Below are positions 18,541 through 28,318 of a stretch of 64,000 nt of DNA, one piece after another. Origin of the DNA: Chthonomonadales bacterium (GTDB taxonomy: Bacteria; Armatimonadota; Chthonomonadetes; Chthonomonadales; CAJBBX01); assembly GCA_049967475.1 (NCBI GenBank), contig JBMFSQ010000013.1:26009-90008 (forward strand), in the 5' to 3' direction. The translations under genes and the position numbers were made by a program. How positions within the stretch are numbered: the stretch's first letter is position 1; the number at the start of each line of letters is the position of its first letter. Below the pieces are notes generated by a model, which saw only the letters and a program-made list of their open reading frames with translations, ran no database searches and was not told where the DNA came from.

Positions 18541-20586
18541 CTACCAATTGATGGGATAGGGCGTGATGCCGGTGACGCAACCCAGCAGCGTGGTGAGCCC
18601 CCCGGCGATGAAGTCTCCCATGATCATGCCATAAAAGAAGGGGAGTGTGGCGCGGTACAGGCGGATCCCGCCGTACCGAAGCACCAGCACCTTCGTGAGC
18701 CAAGCAAGGAAGAAAGGAAGCCAGATCTGGTTCATCGTAGGCGTGCACGCCATCGCGTACCCCACGGGATGAAAAATCCACCACGTGAAAATCGTCCTCA
18801 ACCCCATCAAGGAAGCGGTAATAAGGAAGCCCGCGACTACGGCCATGAGCCCTGCAAGATCCGGCCGCACCGGTGTCTTGAGGGCATCCGCCAGTTGATC
18901 GAAGGGCTGCCGGCCCATGCTCGTGCGCCACGCATCCGTTTTGGCGCCCGCTCCATAGGTATACCAAATCACCAGCGCAATGGCGAACGAGATGGCTACC
19001 CCCGCCGCGATCGCCATCACCACCGCCGCCGTAAGGCGCCGCTTGCTCACCCCCACCTCATCAGCCATCTTGTACGCGTCAAACTGGTTCGGCATGGAAA
19101 GACACCGCAGATCGAAGCTCGCCACCGCATTCCGCACATACGCAAGCACGGTTAGATCCGCAGCGGTATATACCGTGGTCCCCAACGTAGTGGTCATCAG
19201 GCGGTAGGCATCCACGTCGGGACCAAATAGCCATGCATTCCCTGTTTCCGCCCGGATGCGGGCCGCGGCAATCATGTACAAAAGCGCCAGCACCAGCAAA
19301 ATGAAGGCGACGGCAGGCCGCATTCCTGCTGCAGAACACCATGCAACGAGCGCTGCTACGCAGATAACGAGCCCGAACAGCGCCACCCGATACGGAAGCG
19401 GCTCATCCATGTCGGTGAATGTGCCCGTGCCTTCGTCCTTCTTCCGCCCCCTAAAGGCCGTCTGCACCACCTGGCCCAGGTACGTCCGCGAAAGATACAG
19501 CCCTACGAGCGTCAAGGCCAGAAAGGCGCCTGCGCCCTGATGCCCCAGATACGGCCATGCACTTTGCCCGCCCGCCGTGGGCCCCGCCATCCATCCCATA
19601 GCCGATCCCACAACGGCTTCCACCTTCGCAGCCAACCAAAAGAACCAGCAACTGAAGGTCATCTCCACCGAAAGCAGATAGGCAATCCCGATGACGAACG
19701 GATAGATCGAGATCGGCGTGGGACCAATGGCGTTGTACGGAGGCGTGTTGAAGAAGGAAGCCAGATCAGGCTGGTCCGCCGTGCGCGTGGGAAGGTAGGG
19801 CACTGTGGGGATATTCAAATGCAAGGTATTCATCACATCCACACAGAACGGGATCGCGAAGCCGATCCAAAGCACCCGGTTCGCCAGCAGGCTCCCTCCC
19901 CGCCGCATCAACTCTACAGGAACAACCACTGTGGGGAAGGCCAGGCGCTCGCGGTCTACCCACTGCCTGCGGAGTATGGCCGTGATGCACAGGGCTGCAA
20001 GGGAGAACAGGATCAAGAAACCTACCCATGCCGTCATAGGGGCCCGCCACGCGCCCCACGGCACTTGGGAGTTGCCCACGTAGAAGCCGTACAATGCCCG
20101 AGGATCCCTCAACGCGAGCCAGTCTGGGATGTACCGGTGAAAGAGCGAAGCCCATCCATTGCTCGAATTGGCATAGTAGAAGGCCGCTGTGATGGTGGGA
20201 ACAATAAAGTGAATGCCGCCCGATGAAGAGATCACCGTGGACACCGTCATCATCACATAGATCACCAGGAGCTCACCCTGGGTGAAGGCATGCCGAGGCA
20301 GCCACCGCAATACAAGAAGGTTCACCACCACCAAGGCGAAAAGAACGTTGAACGCACCCACCGGTATGCTGGTATTGGCTAGGGCGGTATGCCCTCGCCC
20401 TCCGAGCACCAGTTCCGCATAGTGGATCCAAAGATCCGTAAACGCCGTAAGCACCAGTCCAAGAAGCACCGCCCGAAGGCTCACTGCATGCCTGCGCCCC
20501 TCTTCGAGACGCGCATCGGGTCCCGAACTCCCAGATGGCGCGTGGTGAAGACCAACCCGGTTTCCCGAGCTCTGTTGGGAACTCAT
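18541..20586 (-). CDS. Large polytopic membrane protein (DUF6785-like putative transporter)
   Basis: Many TM helices; LRRQWVDRERLAFP, ARIRAETG, FHPVGY, LRYGG motifs; paralog of 49955-51934. Confidence 0.78.
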   Translation of the reverse strand: MSSQQSSGNRVGLHHAPSGSSGPDARLEEGRRHAVSLRAVLLGLVLTAFTDLWIHYAELVLGGRGHTALANTSIPVGAFNVLFALVVVNLLVLRWLPRHAFTQGELLVIYVMMTVSTVISSSGGIHFIVPTITAAFYYANSSNGWASLFHRYIPDWLALRDPRALYGFYVGNSQVPWGAWRAPMTAWVGFLILFSLAALCITAILRRQWVDRERLAFPTVVVPVELMRRGGSLLANRVLWIGFAIPFCVDVMNTLHLNIPTVPYLPTRTADQPDLASFFNTPPYNAIGPTPISIYPFVIGIAYLLSVEMTFSCWFFWLAAKVEAVVGSAMGWMAGPTAGGQSAWPYLGHQGAGAFLALTLVGLYLSRTYLGQVVQTAFRGRKKDEGTGTFTDMDEPLPYRVALFGLVICVAALVAWCSAAGMRPAVAFILLVLALLYMIAAARIRAETGNAWLFGPDVDAYRLMTTTLGTTVYTAADLTVLAYVRNAVASFDLRCLSMPNQFDAYKMADEVGVSKRRLTAAVVMAIAAGVAISFAIALVIWYTYGAGAKTDAWRTSMGRQPFDQLADALKTPVRPDLAGLMAVVAGFLITASLMGLRTIFTWWIFHPVGYAMACTPTMNQIWLPFFLAWLTKVLVLRYGGIRLYRATLPFFYGMIMGDFIAGGLTTLLGCVTGITPYPINW

Positions 20587-20668
20587 CCTGTCCGCTCCGC
20601 CTTCCCGAAGCCCGCCCTCCCGCCACACCGAATGCGGATGCACACGCGGTCCGGCAGGCGGGCCGCTC

Positions 20669-21922
20669 CTACATCATGCCGAGTTCCAGGCATCGGAGGA
20701 TGGGCTCCACGTGGTGCAGGTTGTTGAGCAGAGGTTCCGTGTAGCGGATGGCCCCGTACTCGGCCCCGCCGATGTGATGCTCCCTTCCTACGTGATTGTT
20801 CCAGTCCACCCCTTCGGTAAGGAAGCCGTGGGGACCATAGTGGTGCTTCGCCATGGCGCGAAGAACCGTGCAAGCGCGGCGGCAGTAATTTAAGCGCTTC
20901 GTGCCTTCGTAGGCTTCCAGATAGGCCAGAGCGATCTCGGCATTCTCCCAAAAGTACGCCGTGTCCCACGTGTCCTCCATATAGAAAAGCCCCATGGTCT
21001 CCACACCGTTGCGGTTGTCGCGCAGAAGGAAGCGCTCCAGCCCCGCAAGAGCATTGACATAGGCAAACTCCTCCATAGCAGGGTCGCCAAAGAAGCGGGC
21101 AGCCCGGCGCAGCACGCGAAAGGCTTCCGCTCGAGACACGTTCTCGTCCGCATCATAGGTGTCATGGTTGATGGATCCGTAAATGCCGCCTCTTTGAATG
21201 AAGGTGTCCAGGCCCTTGCGCGCTTCAGCCGCCGTGTCCGCCAACCCGCGCTGGGCCAACTCCAAAAAGAGCCAAATCAGATACAGCCCGTCTCCACTCG
21301 CCCCGAATACGGGATCCTGGCCGCCTTCCGCCCCCTGGCGATAATGCGCTCCCTCAGGCGTACATCGCCTGGGATACCAACCATCCACAAGCTCCACATG
21401 CCTCAATACCCACTCGGCATACCGCACTGCAGCTTCTATGAGGCGTCCTGGGCGAACATCGGAGGGCGGCAGAAGCTCTGCCATGTCGAGCATCTGAAGC
21501 GCCACCCGGGCCCCAGAACCCGGGCAAAACCACTCATTCGTGTGCTTGAAATTCAAGCAGATGCGGTCCGTGCGCGTGTCCCGGTACCCCAAAATGAGGC
21601 CGCTCCCGTCCAGAAACCCATCTTCCAGGACGTGATCCAGCAAACCCAGGGCCACGTGCTCCAGCACCGGGCTGTGATCGAAGGCGGCCCACCGGTACAG
21701 CAACAGAGCTCCCCCAACAGCATTGGCCGCCCACCCTGGTCCTTCCAGAGATCCGAAGTCGTGCCAGTACTGGGGTCGGCCCTCCACGTCAACAAAGGAC
21801 GACACCGCCCTCCACACGCCCCGATGGGGTTCCAAACAACGGTGGGCGAAGCACACGGAGGCCCGCGCGCTGTCCACCAGCGTGTATTCCGGATCTTCCG
21901 GCAGGTAGGGATCGGCTTCCAT
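20669..21922 (-). CDS. Hypothetical protein, possibly (alpha/alpha)6 glycosidase-like
   Basis: Only the C-terminal part of the 781-aa ORF looks coding (the rest is antisense to the DUF1015 gene); helical, rich in aromatic and acidic residues. Confidence 0.6.
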   Translation of the reverse strand: MEADPYLPEDPEYTLVDSARASVCFAHRCLEPHRGVWRAVSSFVDVEGRPQYWHDFGSLEGPGWAANAVGGALLLYRWAAFDHSPVLEHVALGLLDHVLEDGFLDGSGLILGYRDTRTDRICLNFKHTNEWFCPGSGARVALQMLDMAELLPPSDVRPGRLIEAAVRYAEWVLRHVELVDGWYPRRCTPEGAHYRQGAEGGQDPVFGASGDGLYLIWLFLELAQRGLADTAAEARKGLDTFIQRGGIYGSINHDTYDADENVSRAEAFRVLRRAARFFGDPAMEEFAYVNALAGLERFLLRDNRNGVETMGLFYMEDTWDTAYFWENAEIALAYLEAYEGTKRLNYCRRACTVLRAMAKHHYGPHGFLTEGVDWNNHVGREHHIGGAEYGAIRYTEPLLNNLHHVEPILRCLELGMM

Positions 21923-22006
21923 GGCATCATCCTCCACGGGGAACCGGTGAGGTATCATATTGCGTACGCAGCCCGCGTGAGGCTCCACTCCGCCACCAGG
22001 TTCGCC

Positions 22007-23290
22007 ATGGCACAGATTTTCCCCTTTACAGCGGTAACCTATCATGCCCAGGCGGGCGACCCGGGCACATTGATCTGCCCCCCCTACGACGTGATCTCCC
22101 CGGAGCAACAGGATGCCCTCTACGCCGCGTCGCCCTGGAACTACGTCCGCATCGTCCTCAATGCCGCGCCCGGCAGCGAACGCTACTCCCAGGCAGCCGC
22201 GGCCCTCACTAAGTGGCTCGATGCAGGCATCCTCGTGGAGGAAAAACGCCCGGCCCTGTACCTCTATAGGCAATCGTTTGTTCACCCGATAACCGGCCGT
22301 CGGGTACAACGCCGGGGCTTCTTTTGCGCCCTGCGCTTGGAGCCCTATTCCGCCGGCATCGTGCTTCCCCACGAAGACACCCGTTCTCAAGCGAAAGAAG
22401 ATCGCCTCCGCCTGATGCAGGCCACCCAGGCCAACCCGGAACCCATCTTCGTCCTCTACGAAGATCCTTCCGGCAGCATCGCGTCCATCCTGGACGGAGC
22501 CGCGGCATCGCCGCCCATGATCCGCGCCGACATACCCGGCGACGATGCAGACGCCGGCAGCCATGAGGTGATCCGCATGGACGACGCGGCAGCAGAAGCC
22601 ATCGCGCGCACCCTCCGCGACCGCCCCGTTTGGATCGCCGACGGCCACCACCGCTATGAAACGGCCCTCGCCTACCGGCAGGAGCGCCGAACGGCCGAGG
22701 GGAACCCGCCGGCGTTCCGCCCGTACGATGCCGTCCTTGCAGTGCTCACTTCCTTCGATGATCCCGGGCTCGTGGTTCTGCCTACACACCGCCTGGTACG
22801 CAACAGAGATGCAGCCGTTCTGGATGCGCTTCCAACCACGCTCGCCCCCACATTCCGAACGGAAGCCGTGCCCGTCGAGGAGCTTGCCTCGCGCCTCAAT
22901 GCCACCCGCCATGGTTTCGGCCTGGTAACCCGCAACGGATGCTGGCTGCTCCACCTCAAAGATCCCGCTGTCATGGATGCGCGCCTGCCGAACCGATCCG
23001 TTTATTGGCGGCATCTCGATGTGGTGGTGCTTCAGGAACTTGTGTTCGCAGAGGTCCTCTCTATTCCGTCGGAAGCGCTGGCATCTACGCCCGACCTAGG
23101 CTATACGCGGAACCTGGCCGAAGCGGTGTCCCTGGTAAAGCAGGGATCCTATCAGGCGGCCTTTCTCCTCCCGCCTCCCCATGCAGACGACGTGCGCATG
23201 GTGGCCGCCGCGGGAGAACGGATGCCGCCCAAATCCACTTACTTTCATCCGAAACTCTGGAGCGGCTTGGTGTTGCGCCTGTTGAAGTAA
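22007..23290 (+). CDS. DUF1015-family protein
   Basis: CPPYDVIS, LPHEDT, IADGHHRYETAL, RMPPKSTYFHPK. Confidence 0.88.
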   Translation: MAQIFPFTAVTYHAQAGDPGTLICPPYDVISPEQQDALYAASPWNYVRIVLNAAPGSERYSQAAAALTKWLDAGILVEEKRPALYLYRQSFVHPITGRRVQRRGFFCALRLEPYSAGIVLPHEDTRSQAKEDRLRLMQATQANPEPIFVLYEDPSGSIASILDGAAASPPMIRADIPGDDADAGSHEVIRMDDAAAEAIARTLRDRPVWIADGHHRYETALAYRQERRTAEGNPPAFRPYDAVLAVLTSFDDPGLVVLPTHRLVRNRDAAVLDALPTTLAPTFRTEAVPVEELASRLNATRHGFGLVTRNGCWLLHLKDPAVMDARLPNRSVYWRHLDVVVLQELVFAEVLSIPSEALASTPDLGYTRNLAEAVSLVKQGSYQAAFLLPPPHADDVRMVAAAGERMPPKSTYFHPKLWSGLVLRLLK

Positions 23291-23316
23291 ACTGCTGCCC
23301 GATAACGAGGAAGAGC

Positions 23317-23529
23317 GTGCGGAACCGTCCACCGAAGGACGATGAGACCCCTTCGGCCTGCCAGCACTGCGGGGCGCTGGTATATCCGGACACGCGCCGC
23401 TGCCCCCAGTGCGGTCGCTTTCCCGTGAAGCTCCACCTGTGCCCTCGATGCCACACCGTCGCCGGCGCCCATGAAGAACGATGTCCCAAATGCGGCCGCT
23501 TGTTCCAGCCGGACGGCGATTACCTATAG
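23317..23529 (+). CDS. Double zinc-ribbon protein
   Basis: Four CxxC pairs; GTG start with GAGGA RBS. Confidence 0.7.
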   Translation: MRNRPPKDDETPSACQHCGALVYPDTRRCPQCGRFPVKLHLCPRCHTVAGAHEERCPKCGRLFQPDGDYL

Positions 23530-23669
23530 ATCCTGCTATATCCCTATGTTTCGGGCACAAAACCGTTGAGGAAGAGGTAGAATCAACGGTGGAAACCCAA
23601 ACTTCGTTGGACGGGACTCGAGCCGCGCCCATCGCGCGGTGCCGTCGCCCAATCTGAGGATCTGTCTCT

Positions 23670-23870
23670 ATGCCGCTCTATGAGTATAAATGCGACACGT
23701 GCGGAGCCCGCTTCACCAAGCTCCAGCCCATGAGCGCCCCCCGCGAGGGCTATGAATGCCCATCCTGCGGGAAGACCACTACGCGGCGGGTGATGTCCAG
23801 CTTTGCAACCTCCGGTACGGAGAGCACAGGCGCATCCGCGTGCGGGCCCGCCGGCGGGCGCTTCCGGTGA
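23670..23870 (+). CDS. FmdB-family zinc-ribbon protein
   Basis: MPLYEYKCDTCG...CPSCG...RRVMS. Confidence 0.85.
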   Translation: MPLYEYKCDTCGARFTKLQPMSAPREGYECPSCGKTTTRRVMSSFATSGTESTGASACGPAGGRFR

Positions 23871-23985
23871 GCATCCTGACGCACGCCGGCCGTGAGCCGG
23901 CTTTGCATCGCAATGAAGAGGGGCCCCGTATACCGATCCTGTGGTACGGAGCCCCTCTCGTTCTCCGGATCACCCCGGATCGCCG

Positions 23986-26295
23986 CTAAACCCCTGGCTG
24001 GGCCTCCTTCATGCGGATTAGGTTCAACGCCGAACCCGCCCGGAACCACTCGATCTGCTCCGCGCTCATGCTGTGGCGCACCAGCAACACTTCGCTTGAC
24101 CCATCGCCGTGTTCCACCCGGATGGAGAGCGGCTCGCCCGGCGCCAAAGCCTCCGGATGCTCGATGGACACGCGATCTCCTTCCAAAATCCGCTCGTAAT
24201 CGCCGGCATCGGCGAAGGTGAGCGGCAGGATGCCCTGCTTCTTCAGGTTGGACTCGTGGATGCGTGCGAAGGAGCGCGCGATTACCGCCGCACAGCCCAG
24301 ATACCTCGGGCTCATGGCTGCGTGCTCCCTGCTGGATCCTTCACCGTAGTTGTCGTCGCCCACTATCACCCACCGAACGCCTCGTTCCTTGTAGTCCCGG
24401 GCGACCTTGGGCACATCCAGCGAACGCTCGCCCGTAAAAACGTTCAGCGTCTTTCCCGTTTCCCCAGTCCACGCATTCACCGCACCAGTCAGCATATTGT
24501 CCGATATGCGGTCCAGATGGCCGCGATACCGAAGCCATGGGCCGGCCGGCGAAATGTGATCCGTAGTCGTCTTGCCCTTGGTCTTCATGAGCACCGGCAT
24601 ATGGAGCAATTCCTGGGGCTGAATGGGGGTGAAGGGCTGCAGCAATTGAAGGCGCTCGCTGTCCGGCCGAACGATCAACTCTACGGACGAGGGGTCCTCA
24701 GCCGGCGGCACATAACCGGTACGGCGTCCGGCATAGCCCCGGCTCGGCAAAGCATCCACCTTGGGAGGCGGCGCGAGGCGATACGCCGCTCCATCCGGCG
24801 TGCGCAGCTCGTCCGTCAGCGGATTGATGGAAAGCCGGCCGGCCAAACTGTATGCCACCACCACTTCGGGGCTCGCTACGAAGGCGAGTGTGGCGGGGTT
24901 CGCATCGTTGCGCCCTGGGAAGTTGCGGTTGAACGAATTGATGATGGTGTTGCGCTGGCCCTTCTTGATCTCGTCGCGCTTCCATTGGCCGATGCAGGGG
25001 CCGCAGGCGTTGGCCATCACTTTGGCTCCGATGGCCTCGAGCACTTCGAGCTGCCCGTCGCGCTTGATCGTTTCGTAAACCATGGCAGAGCCGGGAGTGA
25101 TGATGAGCGGGGCCACGGCTTTTGCTCCCGCTTTGCGCGCCTGTTCTGCAACGGAAGCCGCGCGCGAAATGTCCTCATAGCTCGAGTTGGTGCAGCTTCC
25201 CACCAGGGTTACAGCAACCTCGTCGGGATAGTCGTTCCGCCGGGCATCATCCGCAAGTCGAGACACTGGGCGGGCCGCATCGGGGCTGAAAGGTCCGTTG
25301 ATGTAGGGCTCCAAATCCGAGAGGTTCAGCTCCAAAATCTCGTCGAAGAAATCCTCGGGATGCTCCTCTACTTCCGCATCGGGAGTAACCAGATGCCGGT
25401 ACCTGAGGGCCAGGTCCGCTATGTCGCCCCGGTCCGTAGCCCTTAGGTAGGCGTCGGCATTCTCGTCGAAGGGAAAGATGGAGGTCGTAGCGCCGATCTC
25501 GGCTCCCATATTCGTGATGGTCGCCTTGCCCGTAGTCGAGAGTGTACGCGCGCCGGGGCCGAAATACTCAACAATGCGATTGGTGCCGCCCTTCACCGTG
25601 AGCTTGCCGGCTACCCACAGGATCACATCCTTCGGCGCAGCCCACCCGGAAAGCTCGCCGGTAAGGCGCACGCCCACCAGTTTCGGCTGGAGAACCTCCC
25701 AGGCGAAGCCGGCCATGGCATCAACCGTGTCCGCGCCTCCCACCCCGATGGCCACCATGGCCAGCCCGCCGCAGTTGGGAGTGTGGGAGTCCGACCCGAT
25801 CATGAGGCCGCCGGGAAAGGCGTAATTCTCCAGCACTACCTGGTGGATGATGCCCGAACCCGGACCCCAAAATCCGATGCCGTAGCGCGCCGCCGCAGAT
25901 TTGAGGAAGTTGTAGACTTCCTCGTTGGTCACAAGGGCACGCTGCAGATCGGGCCCGGCACCTTCGTAGGCTTGGATCAGGTGATCGCAATGCACCGACG
26001 TGGGTACCGCTACCCTGTCCCGCCCAGCCTGCATGAACTGCAAGATGGCCATCTGGGCGGTGGCATCTTGCATGATCACACGATCTACTTTGAGCCTGAG
26101 AAAGCTCTTGCCCGCTTCCAGCTCCTGGTTGGGATCCTCCAGATGCCCGAACAGGATCTTCTCGGCCAGCGTGAGCGGACGGTTCAGTCGCCGCCGAACC
26201 ACGGCCAAACGCTCCTCCGTGCGCTTATAAACTGCTTCAACCATCGCCGGCGTAGTCTCTACAAAGCCGGCGCGGGTATCATCGCCATAGCTCAT
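23986..26295 (-). CDS. acnA: Aconitate hydratase (mitochondrial-like type)
   Basis: MQDATAQMA, HCDHLI, GSDSHT, GSCTNSSYED, NACGPCIGQW, GEGSSREHAA. Confidence 0.93.
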   Translation of the reverse strand: MSYGDDTRAGFVETTPAMVEAVYKRTEERLAVVRRRLNRPLTLAEKILFGHLEDPNQELEAGKSFLRLKVDRVIMQDATAQMAILQFMQAGRDRVAVPTSVHCDHLIQAYEGAGPDLQRALVTNEEVYNFLKSAAARYGIGFWGPGSGIIHQVVLENYAFPGGLMIGSDSHTPNCGGLAMVAIGVGGADTVDAMAGFAWEVLQPKLVGVRLTGELSGWAAPKDVILWVAGKLTVKGGTNRIVEYFGPGARTLSTTGKATITNMGAEIGATTSIFPFDENADAYLRATDRGDIADLALRYRHLVTPDAEVEEHPEDFFDEILELNLSDLEPYINGPFSPDAARPVSRLADDARRNDYPDEVAVTLVGSCTNSSYEDISRAASVAEQARKAGAKAVAPLIITPGSAMVYETIKRDGQLEVLEAIGAKVMANACGPCIGQWKRDEIKKGQRNTIINSFNRNFPGRNDANPATLAFVASPEVVVAYSLAGRLSINPLTDELRTPDGAAYRLAPPPKVDALPSRGYAGRRTGYVPPAEDPSSVELIVRPDSERLQLLQPFTPIQPQELLHMPVLMKTKGKTTTDHISPAGPWLRYRGHLDRISDNMLTGAVNAWTGETGKTLNVFTGERSLDVPKVARDYKERGVRWVIVGDDNYGEGSSREHAAMSPRYLGCAAVIARSFARIHESNLKKQGILPLTFADAGDYERILEGDRVSIEHPEALAPGEPLSIRVEHGDGSSEVLLVRHSMSAEQIEWFRAGSALNLIRMKEAQPGV

Positions 26296-26416
26296 TGTCC
26301 CTTCTCCTGCTTCAGTGCGGGATCACTTCTCCTCTTAGGATACCCGCACTCCCGCGGCATCGGGCACCCAGCGGCGGAAGCAGTCGCGAGCACTCCGCCC
26401 ACCAAAAGGAGGCGCT

Positions 26417-27364
26417 ATGGCAGCCTGCACCATCACTCCCTACCGTGGCGGCGATCTGGAGGCAGTAGTAGATCTGCTGAACACCGCGCTCCATGCCGAT
26501 CCCGTCACACGCGAACTGTTCATTCAGCGCGTATTGCTGGATCGCAACTTCCAACCCGCAGCCGTTCCCGTGGCCCGTATCGAAAGGCGCATAGTGGGCG
26601 TCCTCGCGTCCGTTGCGCCCAGGTACCCCGTGGAAGACGAAGAACTCAATCGGGATCGGGCCTATGTTACGCTCGTGGGTGTAGACGCCCGGCACCGGCG
26701 CCAGGGTGTGGGGACCCAACTCCTGGAGCATGCCATGGCCTTCCTCCAAAGGCAGGGTTGCCGAACCGTACTCGTGTCTCCCTACCCATCCAATTACTGG
26801 ACGCCGGGTATAGACGAAGCCGCATATCCGGAAGCCATCGCGTTCTTCAAAGCCCGCGGCTTCCGTACCGTGTCTCGGCCTCTTTCTATGGATGCAAGCC
26901 TCGTGGGAGGATGGTCCGTACCGGAATGGGTCGCCCACCGCTGCCGGGAGCTCCGAGCCCAAGGCATCCGCGTGGAGCCCCTGGACTTTCGCCTGCTGCC
27001 CAATCTGCTGGCCTTCGTTCGCCGCGAGTTTCCAGGGGATTGGCAGCAATTGGTGCGCCAGGCCGCTGCCGCCATCGCCGCCGGGCACCGACCACCCTCG
27101 GACCTGTTGATCGCCCACGCCCGGTCGCGCATCCTCGGCTTCAGCCACCACACCGGAGAACGCTTCGGCCCATTCGGCGTAGCGCGAACCCACCGCGGAC
27201 AGGGCATCGGCGCCGCACTCCTGTTCCTCACGCTGGAAGCCATGCGCCGGGAAGGCCGCCACAATGCCTGGTTCCTCTGGACCGACGATGCCACGGCCGC
27301 CCGCATCTACCGCGCCGCGGGCTTTCGCGAAACGCGCAGGTACTCGGTGATGCGCTTCGGGTAA
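26417..27364 (+). CDS. Tandem GNAT acetyltransferase
   Basis: Two RxQGxG acetyl-CoA motifs; FGPFGV. Confidence 0.82.
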   Translation: MAACTITPYRGGDLEAVVDLLNTALHADPVTRELFIQRVLLDRNFQPAAVPVARIERRIVGVLASVAPRYPVEDEELNRDRAYVTLVGVDARHRRQGVGTQLLEHAMAFLQRQGCRTVLVSPYPSNYWTPGIDEAAYPEAIAFFKARGFRTVSRPLSMDASLVGGWSVPEWVAHRCRELRAQGIRVEPLDFRLLPNLLAFVRREFPGDWQQLVRQAAAAIAAGHRPPSDLLIAHARSRILGFSHHTGERFGPFGVARTHRGQGIGAALLFLTLEAMRREGRHNAWFLWTDDATAARIYRAAGFRETRRYSVMRFG

Positions 27365-27383
27365 ACCCAGCCGCCCTCCGGGG

Positions 27384-28253
27384 CTACCGCGCGAACTTGT
27401 GGAAGCGCAACCAGTTGGCACAAAGCGTGGTCCACGTGCTCAGCACCGCATCGCCCGTTGCCAGTCCCACCCCATGCGGCCCATGCTGGTAGATATGCAG
27501 CTCAAACGGGACACCCGCTTTGCGCAGCGCTTCTGCAAACATCAAGCTGTTCTCAACGGGCACGCCCTCGTCGTCCGCCGTATGCATCAGGAAGCACGGG
27601 GGAGTGTCCCGGGTGACTTGCTTCTCGTTGGAGAGCAGATCCATCAGCTCTTGCGAGGGATGATCGCCCAGCAGGTTCTGCCTCGACCCGGCGTGGGCGA
27701 AGGGGCCCGTCATGGTGATGACCGGGTAGATCAGCACGGCAAGGTCCGGCCTGCAGCTCACACGCTCTACAGGATCGTGGGAGGTCGGGTCGCCTGCGTC
27801 GAAGTGTGTCGCCGCAGTGGCAGCAAGATGACCCCCGGCCGAGAAGCCCAGGATGCCGATGCGGTGGGGATCTATCGAAAAGTCGGCCGCACGGGCGCGC
27901 AGCAGCCGGATGGCACGCTGGGCATCATGCAGTTCTGCGGGATGATGGTACCGGGGGCCCAAGCGGTATTTCAGAACCGCCGCCGTGATGCCCAGCGTAT
28001 TGAGCCAATGGGCCACGGGTTCCCCTTCGTGGGGCGCCAGCATCCCATAACCCCCGCCAGGGCACACCACAATGGCTCCTCCAGTTCCACCGGCCGCCGG
28101 ATATACTGTGAGGGAAGGATGGTCCGCGGGCTCATTCGCCACCGCGCCCGGCGTGCCCTTCGGCCACAACGGCATCTCCCGCTGGGCCGATGCTCCCAGG
28201 GCCGCACAGCACAGCACCGCAGACACGAGGGCGCTGCAAACGTCAAGGTGCAT
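27384..28253 (-). CDS. Secreted alpha/beta hydrolase (carbohydrate-esterase-like)
   Basis: PGGGY, GFSAGGH, DxxV, HG catalytic motifs; signal peptide. Confidence 0.85.
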   Translation of the reverse strand: MHLDVCSALVSAVLCCAALGASAQREMPLWPKGTPGAVANEPADHPSLTVYPAAGGTGGAIVVCPGGGYGMLAPHEGEPVAHWLNTLGITAAVLKYRLGPRYHHPAELHDAQRAIRLLRARAADFSIDPHRIGILGFSAGGHLAATAATHFDAGDPTSHDPVERVSCRPDLAVLIYPVITMTGPFAHAGSRQNLLGDHPSQELMDLLSNEKQVTRDTPPCFLMHTADDEGVPVENSLMFAEALRKAGVPFELHIYQHGPHGVGLATGDAVLSTWTTLCANWLRFHKFAR

Positions 28254-28318
28254 GGGCCATATCTCCCTTCGCGCACGGATGCACAGATCCGCCATTCAGG
28301 TTCAAAATGAGAGGCGCA

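Noticed and set aside
18536..18967. N-terminal extension of the 889-aa ORF
   Set aside because: Overlaps the upstream membrane gene out of frame; the signal peptide begins at MAIRLW (18535).
21923..23014. N-terminal 360 aa of the 781-aa minus-strand ORF, and the N-terminal part of the 708-aa plus-strand ORF
   Set aside because: Each is an antisense shadow of the divergent real gene; motif-bearing parts start at about 21922 (-) and 22007 (+).
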